This document shows, one piece after another, positions 17,905 through 24,260 of a DNA stretch of 24,260 nt (position 1 is the stretch's first letter; each line of letters starts with the position of its first letter). The notes under the pieces were generated by a model. That model made no database searches and was not told the DNA's origin. It saw only the letters and a list, made by a program, of their open reading frames with translations. A program made the translations under genes and the position numbers. Source of the DNA: a virus (taxonomy: Duplodnaviria > Caudoviricetes); IMG/VR virus record IMGVR_UViG_3300033067_000934, positions 1 to 24,260 of that record. The stretch is one strand, 5' to 3'.

Positions 17905-17935
17905 CGCAATCGCTATCTGCATAGGAGATAGAACG

Positions 17936-18265
17936 ATGCGTGAAAATCAGTTGGCAGACACCCGTGCCGCACTCGTGGTGAAGTCCATTTCGAGCGCGGC
18001 GCACAAGTGGAACATGCAGCCGTTGCACCGCCAAACGGCGCTGCGCATCGGCACCGACGTTCTCATCAACGGGGGGGGCGTTTCGCAGGCGATCGACGCC
18101 GCGAACCGTTACATCGCCGCGCGCGTGGTGCGCGAAAAGCTGGTTGCTATGGAGCAGCAGCCCAAGCCCTATACCGTTTCGGAATGGGTCGGCTGGGTCG
18201 TGTTCGGCGCGGCCATCATCGTGATCTGCATCGAAGCCGCGAAGGCGGCTGGGGTGCTGGCATGA
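17936..18265 (+). CDS. Early hypothetical protein with C-terminal TM
   Basis: AGGAG RBS, ATG 17936; hydrophobic WVGWVVFGAAIIVICI. Confidence 0.75.
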   Translation: MRENQLADTRAALVVKSISSAAHKWNMQPLHRQTALRIGTDVLINGGGVSQAIDAANRYIAARVVREKLVAMEQQPKPYTVSEWVGWVVFGAAIIVICIEAAKAAGVLA

Positions 18266-18579
18266 ACGCACAGACTAAGCACACCGCTGGGCCGGATGTA
18301 GTGTCAGCAATGGTTTCCAAGCTCTATGTCGGTGGCAACTTCGGGCCGCGAGAAATGGTTTTGCATTGGAATGAAAACCCGAGGCCAACCGGCCTGATTG
18401 CGAATTGGGTTTCGGCAAAAACGCCAGAAACATTGCGTGCGCTTCGCAAAGCCGAGCGTGACGGACTTGTCGAATGCTCCGGAACGCAAAAACCAGCGCG
18501 CAGTTGGAACGCAGCAGACCGAAAGGAATTGCACTGGAAACTCACTAGCGCCGCCATCGCCAAGGCGGTGACGCCATGA
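18262..18579 (+). CDS. Early hypothetical protein
   Basis: ATGA overlap; starts MNAQTKHTAGP and ends AAIAKAVTP, termini typical of phage early proteins. Confidence 0.65.
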   Translation: MNAQTKHTAGPDVVSAMVSKLYVGGNFGPREMVLHWNENPRPTGLIANWVSAKTPETLRALRKAERDGLVECSGTQKPARSWNAADRKELHWKLTSAAIAKAVTP

Positions 18580-18764
18580 GCGAACTCACCGTTGACGCGC
18601 TGGGTGACGAGAACCTGATCGCCAAACGCGATTCCGAAATGCGCCTACTGGCCGAGATGATCGACGAGAACGCCACGCCGGCCACAGCCGCGTCGCGCGG
18701 CCTTAACGAATGGTTCAACCGGAACATGCACCTGGCCGACACGCGGCACCCGCCGGAGAAATGA
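18576..18764 (+). CDS. Early hypothetical protein
   Basis: 62 aa, ATGA overlaps at both ends. Confidence 0.65.
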   Translation: MSELTVDALGDENLIAKRDSEMRLLAEMIDENATPATAASRGLNEWFNRNMHLADTRHPPEK

Positions 18765-18976
18765 CCGTGCAGCGCATGGTGAAGATCGAGGGTCAAATCG
18801 CACCGTGCCAAGGCTGCGGAAACCAGCCTCGGCACTGGCTCGAAACCACGCACGGCGGCCAGCACTTCATCGAGTGCTCGCCGTGCAACACACGCACACC
18901 AAAGTTTTACACCTTTCAGGAAGCGGTCGAATCGTGGGAACGCAACGACGTCGCGGCCGTGAATATCGCCGCGTGA
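18761..18976 (+). CDS. Lar-family (restriction alleviation) zinc-ribbon protein
   Basis: PCQGCG...FIECSPCNTRT...EAVESWER; ATG 18761 with GGAG RBS. Confidence 0.7.
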   Translation: MTVQRMVKIEGQIAPCQGCGNQPRHWLETTHGGQHFIECSPCNTRTPKFYTFQEAVESWERNDVAAVNIAA

Positions 18977-18992
18977 CACAGGAGAAATCACG

Positions 18993-19805
18993 ATGAATGC
19001 AGTAGTGCAACACCCGCAATCGCGTCAGATGGTCAGTCGGCAAGATGACATTCGCACCGCGCTGAGTACGAGCCTCTACCCGGGCGCGTCCGACGAGAGC
19101 ATCAACATGGTGCTCGCGTACTGTTCTGCGGCTGGCCTGGACCCGATGCAGAAGCCCGTGCACATCGTCCCGATGTGGGATAGCAAGGCGCACGCGATGC
19201 GCGATGTCGTCATGCCAGGAATCGGCCTGTATCGAATCCAGGCGTCGCGCAGCGGGCAGTTCGCCGGCATGAGCGAGCCGGAATTTGGACCGATGCTCAC
19301 CGAAACTATCGGCAACGTCCAGGTTACGTTCCCGGAATGGTGCAAGGTCACAGCAAAGCGCCAACTGGAAACCGGCACCATCGCGGAGTTCACGGCCGTC
19401 GAATACTGGATCGAGAACTACGCGATCAAGGGCGGCAAGGAAAAGGACCAGTCGCCCAATGCCATGTGGATGAAGCGCGCGCGAGGCCAGCTGGCGAAGT
19501 GTGCCCAGGCCCAGGCTTTGCGCATGGCGTTCCCCGAAATCGGCGCGCAGCCGACGGCCGAAGAAATGGATGGCAAGGAAATCATCCAAGACGAACCGCG
19601 CGTGATACGCGCAGAGCCGCGGCCGCAACTTGCGGCGTACTCCAACGAAAGGTTCGACAAAAACCTGCCCGCGTGGCGCGAGGTCATAAAGTCCGGCATG
19701 AAAACGGCCGACGACATCATTGCGATGGTAGAGACGAAGGGCACGCTCACCGACGGGCAGCGTGCCGCGATCCGCGCCGTGAAGGCGCAGGACGGTGCGC
19801 AATGA
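18993..19805 (+). CDS. bet: Phage recombination protein Bet (RecT family ssDNA annealing)
   Basis: YCSAAGLDPMQKPVHIVPM, GIGLYRIQASRSGQFAG and MW.KR.RGQLAKCAQAQALRMAFPE. Confidence 0.92.
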   Translation: MNAVVQHPQSRQMVSRQDDIRTALSTSLYPGASDESINMVLAYCSAAGLDPMQKPVHIVPMWDSKAHAMRDVVMPGIGLYRIQASRSGQFAGMSEPEFGPMLTETIGNVQVTFPEWCKVTAKRQLETGTIAEFTAVEYWIENYAIKGGKEKDQSPNAMWMKRARGQLAKCAQAQALRMAFPEIGAQPTAEEMDGKEIIQDEPRVIRAEPRPQLAAYSNERFDKNLPAWREVIKSGMKTADDIIAMVETKGTLTDGQRAAIRAVKAQDGAQ

Positions 19806-21460
19806 AAACTGTCCAGCACGTTCAGGGCTCGCCAGGCTGGCACGATCATCGCCGCACCACGCACAACGCCAGCGACGCGCCGGCGATGATGGGCGTATCG
19901 CCATACGTTACCCGCGCCGATCTGGTGAAGCAGCGCGCGACCGGCATTGAGCGCGTCATCGACGAGCAGACGCAGGCCGTATTTGACCGTGGTCATGCGG
20001 TTGAACCGCTGCTGCGCGCGATGGCCGAGAAGATGATCGGCGAGGATTTGTACCCGATCACGGCCACCAGCGACGACGGCTATATCAGCGCCAGTTTCGA
20101 TGGCGTGACGCTGGACGAGTCCATCATTTTCGAGGCCAAGCAACCGAATGCAGCAAAGTGCGCAGCCATAGACGATGACTGTATTCCGGAAATGGATTAC
20201 TGGCAGATCGTGCAGCAATTTGCCGTGAACGAATCGGCGGAACGTTGCATCTACATGGTCGGTGACGGCACCCAAGACAACACATGGCGCATGTGGATCC
20301 ATCGTTCGAAGATCGAGGCGGACATTCCGAAGATGCTGGCAGGCTGGGCACAGTTCGATGCGGACGTCGCCGCCTACGTTCCGGAGCAAACGTCAGCGCC
20401 CGCGCCGATCGCAAAGCCGGTAGAAGGTTTCGGTTCGCTCGCGCTGCGCGTCGAGGGCCGCGTGCTGGCGTCGAATCTGGACGCATTCCGAGAATCCGCC
20501 GATGCTTTCCTCGCGCGCCTGCCGAAGCCTGCGGAACTGGAAACCGATCAGGACTTTGCCGACGCCGACGCGGCGGTCAAGGCGTGCACCGAGGCCGAGG
20601 GTCGGATCAAGGCCGCCAAGGATGCGGCGCTCGCGCAAATGGCTGACGTCGATGCTGTGCTGCGCACGGCCGACACCATCGCCGAGACGATCCGCGCCGC
20701 GCGGCTTGCGCTGGACAAGGCTGTCAAGTCCGAGAAGGAACGCCGCCGCGCCGAGATCGTCGCTGCCGGTGCTGATGCGGTGCGCGCGCACTACGCGACG
20801 ATCAACGCCACGCTCGGCGCGCATGCCATCCTCGCCCCGCAATCGCTGTCGCTGGACATCGGCGCCAGCATCAAGGGCCTGAAATCGCTGGCCAGCATCA
20901 AGGATGCCGTCGATACGGCCGTGGCGAACGCGAAGATCGACGCGAGCCAGCGGGCGGAAACCGTGCGCGCAAGCGTTGCCGCGCTCACCGAGGCGATGTC
21001 CGGCCACGAAACGCTGTTCCCGGATCGCGTGGCGCTGTGCGCGTCCAAGGCACCGGACGACATCCGCAACCTGGCCGCGGCACGCATCGCCGAGCACAAG
21101 GCGCGTGAAGCCGAACGTCAGGCACGCGAAGCGGAGTGCGCCAGCAAACAAAGCGAGATTCTTGCCGGGCAGCCGGCACACCAAGCGCAGAGCATGGCGC
21201 CCGCCGCCGCCGTGTCTGCCACCCACGCTCAGGGTCAGGCCGCGGCGGTTCGGCCTGGCGCGAAGATCAAGCTCGGAGAAATCAATGCTCGCATCGCGCC
21301 GCTCAAGATCGACTCCGAAGGACTGGCGCAGCTCGGGTTCAGTCCGGTCGGCACCGAGCGCGCCTCGAAGCTCTACAACGAACGCGACTGGCCGGCGATC
21401 TGCGACGCCATGATGGCGAAGATCGTTGCGGCCGCCACCAACGCGGCGAGGGCCGCGTGA
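19802..21460 (+). CDS. YqaJ-like (lambda Exo family) exonuclease with long C-terminal domain
   Basis: QGSPGWHDHR, ASDAPAMMGVSPY, GHAVEP, SASFDG, FEAK and WQIVQQ; ATG 19802 overlaps the bet stop. Confidence 0.9.
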   Translation: MKTVQHVQGSPGWHDHRRTTHNASDAPAMMGVSPYVTRADLVKQRATGIERVIDEQTQAVFDRGHAVEPLLRAMAEKMIGEDLYPITATSDDGYISASFDGVTLDESIIFEAKQPNAAKCAAIDDDCIPEMDYWQIVQQFAVNESAERCIYMVGDGTQDNTWRMWIHRSKIEADIPKMLAGWAQFDADVAAYVPEQTSAPAPIAKPVEGFGSLALRVEGRVLASNLDAFRESADAFLARLPKPAELETDQDFADADAAVKACTEAEGRIKAAKDAALAQMADVDAVLRTADTIAETIRAARLALDKAVKSEKERRRAEIVAAGADAVRAHYATINATLGAHAILAPQSLSLDIGASIKGLKSLASIKDAVDTAVANAKIDASQRAETVRASVAALTEAMSGHETLFPDRVALCASKAPDDIRNLAAARIAEHKAREAERQAREAECASKQSEILAGQPAHQAQSMAPAAAVSATHAQGQAAAVRPGAKIKLGEINARIAPLKIDSEGLAQLGFSPVGTERASKLYNERDWPAICDAMMAKIVAAATNAARAA

Positions 21461-21660
21461 CGAAGTGCACGACCGTCGACGTGCCCGGGCCGGTGTCCAT
21501 CCCCTTCACCGGCCCAAACCCCTATGCCGCTACGCCAGCGGCGGTTCGTTCGGAAGCTGGCCTATTCGACCACCCCGCTGCGCAGACGTGTCAAGGAAGC
21601 CACAGGGCTTCGCGCGGCGGGATTTTTCTTCCAACGCAGGAGACGGCAACCCGTGAATGA
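21457..21660 (+). CDS. Possible small hypothetical protein
   Basis: GTGA overlap with the exonuclease stop; 67 aa; no recognisable motif. Confidence 0.35.
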   Translation: MTKCTTVDVPGPVSIPFTGPNPYAATPAAVRSEAGLFDHPAAQTCQGSHRASRGGIFLPTQETATRE

Positions 21661-21739
21661 CATCGCATCCAACAAGACGATCCTCCTGCGTGAGATCGGC
21701 GACGCCGCGACGATGGTCATAGGCTCCTTCAATCCGTAA
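21653..21739 (+). CDS. Possible 28-aa peptide
   Basis: AGGAG at 21638-21642 and GTG 21653; stop lies just before the next gene. Confidence 0.35.
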   Translation: MNDIASNKTILLREIGDAATMVIGSFNP

Positions 21740-21742
21740 ACC

Positions 21743-22078
21743 GTGAGCCACCAGGACGCCCAGCTACCGCTTGACTTCACACGGCCACGGCCGTGTGGGG
21801 TCGGCTACAAGGAGCGAGGAGGCGCGTCGCAGGCAGTTGCCGAGGAATTGGCCGAGTCCGGTCGCGCGCAACGCCTGCGGCAGCTGGTGACGAGCTACTT
21901 CGACGCCGGGCACCAGGCAACAGCCGACGAAGCCGCCGCGGCACTTGGCGAGAACATCCTTGCGATCCGGCCACGCGTGTCCGAGCTGCGCAAGGCCGGA
22001 ATCATCATCCCCGCCGGAGAGCGCAGGCCATCGTCGAGCGGGAAACCGTCAACAGTCTGGAAAAGGAACGCAGCATGA
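21743..22078 (+). CDS. Winged-HTH DNA-binding protein
   Basis: TADEAAAALGENILAIRPRVSELRKAGII...RRPSSSGKPSTVW. Confidence 0.75.
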   Translation: MSHQDAQLPLDFTRPRPCGVGYKERGGASQAVAEELAESGRAQRLRQLVTSYFDAGHQATADEAAAALGENILAIRPRVSELRKAGIIIPAGERRPSSSGKPSTVWKRNAA

Positions 22079-22269
22079 AAACCCGTATCTACCTCGTCAC
22101 CGACTCGGCCGACTTGTCGCATCGCTTGGTGCGCGCCAGCACGCCGGCACAAGCGCGCACTCACGTCACGCGCGATCGCTTCGCAGTCGACGTTCCAGAC
22201 CAGGACGAACTAGTCGAATTGACCAAGCTGGGAATCGAGGTCGAGAACGCCGCAGAACTTGGCGAGTAA
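22075..22269 (+). CDS. Small phage protein
   Basis: MKTRIYLV...RLVRASTPAQARTHV; ATGA overlap, AGGA RBS. Confidence 0.75.
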   Translation: MKTRIYLVTDSADLSHRLVRASTPAQARTHVTRDRFAVDVPDQDELVELTKLGIEVENAAELGE

Positions 22270-22313
22270 GCAATGGCGTTCGTCCGGGCGGTGCGCTGGC
22301 CTGCCGCATTCGG

Positions 22314-22375
22314 CGCTAACGCCCAAGCTAAGGCGCCGTAGCGAAGCGAAGGTCGCCTTGAGCGCGTAGTTATGC
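22314..22375 (-). mobile_element. attC site 1
   Basis: - strand: R'' GCATAAC, 5 bp, L'' GCTCAAGG ... L' CCTTAGC, 6 bp, R' GTTAGCG. The + strand folds with unpaired G22360 and T22353. Confidence 0.85.
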
Positions 22376-22392
22376 CGCAACGCGAGGACACG

Positions 22393-23244
22393 ATGAAGGA
22401 ATGCAGACGCCCGATTGTGCGATACCACGGCGGCAAGTGGAGACTCGCGCCTTGGATTATTGAGCACCTGCCGCATCACCGCGTTTACGTGGAGCCGTTT
22501 GGCGGCGGCGGTAGCGTGCTGCTGCGCAAACCGCGCAGCTACGCCGAGGTGTACAACGATCTTGACGGCGAAATGGTGAACCTGTTTCGGGTGGCGCGCG
22601 ACAACGGGCGCGAGCTGCTTGAGCAGTTGCGCATGACCCCATTCGCGCGCGCCGAGTTTGCCGAAGCATGGGAGCCAGCCGAGACGCCACTTGAGCAGGC
22701 GCGGCGTACTGTGGTGCGCGCCTTCATGGGCTTTGGGAGCGCAGCGATTACGTTGATGCGCGCACCCGAGAAAGCTGCACGCGGTGGCACACCAGGTACG
22801 GGCTTTCGGGCGAACAGCAATCGTAGCGGAACTACGCCGGCGCACGACTGGAAAAACTACCCGGACGCGCTGGACGCGATTATTGAGCGCCTGCGCGGCG
22901 TGGTGATTGAAAACCGGGATGCTTTGGATCTGATGCCGCAACACGACGGCGAGGGAACGGTGTACTACGTTGACCCGCCCTATGTAGCCGAGACGCGCGA
23001 CAAAGGTGGCGACTACCGGCACGAAATGACCGACAGCGACCATGAGCGGCTTGCGAACGTGCTGCACGGACTGACTGGCGCGGTGGTGCTGAGCGGCTAC
23101 GCGTGCGATTTATACGACAGGATGTATGCAGGCTGGCAGCGCATCGAGCGCGCCGCGTATGCAGACGGCGCCAGAAAACGAATTGAAGTGCTGTGGCTTT
23201 CAAAAAACTGCCCAGCGGCGGGACTTTTTAATAATGCGGCATAA
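22393..23244 (+). CDS. Dam/D12-class N6-adenine DNA methyltransferase (cassette A)
   Basis: YHGGKWRLAPWI, YVEPFGGGGSV, EVYNDLD and YVDPPY; GAGGA RBS before ATG 22393; TAA stop lies inside the attC2 core. Confidence 0.92.
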   Translation: MKECRRPIVRYHGGKWRLAPWIIEHLPHHRVYVEPFGGGGSVLLRKPRSYAEVYNDLDGEMVNLFRVARDNGRELLEQLRMTPFARAEFAEAWEPAETPLEQARRTVVRAFMGFGSAAITLMRAPEKAARGGTPGTGFRANSNRSGTTPAHDWKNYPDALDAIIERLRGVVIENRDALDLMPQHDGEGTVYYVDPPYVAETRDKGGDYRHEMTDSDHERLANVLHGLTGAVVLSGYACDLYDRMYAGWQRIERAAYADGARKRIEVLWLSKNCPAAGLFNNAA

Positions 23245-23299
23245 CGCTTGAGCTAAGCGGCGGCACGAAGTGCCGTCCGACTTGAGCGAATAGTTATGC
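23239..23299 (-). mobile_element. attC site 2
   Basis: + strand GCATAAC-gcttga-GCTAAGCGGCGGCAC-GAA-GTGCCG(T)CCG(A)CTT(G)AGC-gaata-GTTATGC; unpaired bases lie in the right arm. Confidence 0.9.
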
Positions 23300-23325
23300 G
23301 ACATGCCGAACAATGAGAGAGTGAT

Positions 23326-23622
23326 ATGCCAGCATACTACGAAACCCACGAACCGCCGCACTGCCCTACGTGCAACTGCGGAATGCCCGACAGACATGAG
23401 GCGCAGGCGCGCGGAGCGCATGCCGCGCCGTGCGGCAAGCATTGTGAGGCGACCGCATTCAATGTTGAATTTCGCAGCTTACGCGCATTGTTGAGGCTTG
23501 CGTTGGTGCACGTTGAGGCAAGCGCCGAAGCCAGCCATTTAACGGATGGATTCAGACGTGGGCCGGAAAACGAACTGGACAAATTGGCCGCACGAATCAG
23601 GTGCGCTACACATGGCGCATAA
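23326..23622 (+). CDS. Cys/His-rich hypothetical protein (cassette B)
   Basis: 98 aa with HCPTCNCG and PCGKHC; fills the cassette; stop lies in the attC3 core. Confidence 0.7.
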   Translation: MPAYYETHEPPHCPTCNCGMPDRHEAQARGAHAAPCGKHCEATAFNVEFRSLRALLRLALVHVEASAEASHLTDGFRRGPENELDKLAARIRCATHGA

Positions 23623-23671
23623 CGCTTGAGCTAAGCGGCCCGTAAGGGTCCGCTTGAGCGAATAGTTAGCC
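23617..23671 (-). mobile_element. attC site 3 (55 bp)
   Basis: + strand GCATAAC-gcttga-GCTAAGCGGCCC-GTAA-GGG(T)CCGCTT(G)AGC-gaata-GTTAGCC. Confidence 0.9.
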
Positions 23672-23690
23672 GACATCTAGGAGAATGATA

Positions 23691-23918
23691 GTGAAGAAGT
23701 GGGAAAAACTGGCTTGCGTTTCGTACATTTGTTTTTTCACCGGTATGGCGGTCGCCGAGATTGGTCAGCCAATAGCAGCAAGCGAGCCAATCACAATTAG
23801 CACTGCGATATCGGTCTTTTGGTTCATGGCGATACCTGCAATGCTCGGGTACATGGCTGGCAGGAAAGATGAAATGGCGGCTAACGCAGAGTTAAGCGGC
23901 AGCCGCCGCGAGGAATAA
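23691..23918 (+). CDS. Small two-TM membrane protein (cassette C)
   Basis: AGGAG at 23679-23683 favours GTG 23691 (ATG 23685 is the alternative); two hydrophobic segments; reads into attC4 (ANAELSG). Confidence 0.7.
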   Translation: MKKWEKLACVSYICFFTGMAVAEIGQPIAASEPITISTAISVFWFMAIPAMLGYMAGRKDEMAANAELSGSRREE

Positions 23919-23968
23919 CAGACTAGCGCAGCCGATACGCGGCTATCCGCTTGAACGCTGAGTTAGAC
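23879..23968 (-). mobile_element. attC site 4 (90 bp)
   Basis: + strand GGCTAAC-gcaga-GTTAAGCGGCAGCCGC...GCGGCTA(T)CCGCTT(G)AAC-gctga-GTTAGAC. Confidence 0.85.
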
Positions 23969-24000
23969 TTCGCCCGGCAGATACCGATAGGAGACTCAAA

Positions 24001-24195
24001 ATGGAAAAGTTCCCGCCGATTCTTGGCATTCCGTGCGACAACTTGCATAGCCTCGTTGGTGATGCGCTACCGAGCAATGGCGAGTGGCATACGCTCACGG
24101 CATGCGTTAGGAAAACAGAGGACGGAGTATTCCAGGTCGATGAGTTGTTACTTCGGTTAGGAATAGACCAAATAAAAGCGAAGCCTAACGCTTGA
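24001..24195 (+). CDS. Hypothetical protein (cassette D)
   Basis: AGGAG RBS; 64 aa; ends PNA* inside attC5. Confidence 0.7.
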   Translation: MEKFPPILGIPCDNLHSLVGDALPSNGEWHTLTACVRKTEDGVFQVDELLLRLGIDQIKAKPNA

Positions 24196-24242
24196 GCTAA
24201 GCGGCGCCGTGAAACGGCGTCGGCTTGAATGAACTGTTATGA
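24183..24242 (-). mobile_element. attC site 5 (aadA-like)
   Basis: - strand TCATAAC-AGTTC-ATTCAAGC-CGACGCCGTTTCACGGCGCC-GCTTAGC-TCAAGC-GTTAGGC. Confidence 0.9.
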
Positions 24243-24260
24243 CTCACGTTGCCGCCATTT

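Noticed and set aside
19337-19801. N-terminal extension of the exonuclease ORF (707 aa)
   Set aside because: It overlaps bet; the YqaJ domain begins at ATG 19802 with an ATGA overlap.
22210-23067. 285-aa - strand ORF as the canonical-orientation cassette gene
   Set aside because: It is the antisense shadow of a motif-complete methyltransferase and runs straight through attC1.
23337-23582. 81-aa - strand ORF in cassette B
   Set aside because: Non-ATG start and poorer fill of the cassette than the + strand ORF, whose stop sits in the attC core; not fully excluded.
23239-24242. CRISPR array or REP elements as an explanation of the TAACGCTTGAGCTAAGCGGC repeats
   Set aside because: The intervening segments are hundreds of bp, each holds a complete ORF, and the repeats have attC R/L box structure of variable length.
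22314-24242. Repeats as simple Rho-independent terminators
   Set aside because: No U tracts; conserved bulges and complementary cassette ends are not terminator features.
1-24260. Integron integrase, phage integrase, tRNA or reverse transcriptase
   Set aside because: No tyrosine-recombinase or RT motifs and no tRNA recognised in the window; they could lie outside it.

Overview
GC-rich genome segment of a tailed phage or prophage, probably infecting a Proteobacterium. A long leftward (- strand) transcription unit runs cro, cII, DNA methyltransferase, replication initiator (with internal iterons), VRR-NUC, lysis cassette (holin candidate, SAR endolysin, spanins), terS, terL, P22-like portal, scaffold, a CsrA-like protein, an N4-gp56-type major capsid and virion genes. 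A divergent rightward early unit carries a Lar-like protein, Bet, a YqaJ exonuclease and small genes. The switch region keeps two operator pairs and two divergent promoters but has no cI gene between them. The main observation is at the right end (22314-24242). The early operon runs into an array of five integron attC sites delimiting four complete gene cassettes (a Dam-type methyltransferase and three small ORFs). Every attC is oriented on the - strand while every cassette ORF is on the + strand, the reverse of normal cassettes and co-directional with phage early transcription. No intI or attI is present in the window. A three-copy candidate late-promoter motif is also visible. Protein family calls are from recalled motifs, not database searches.
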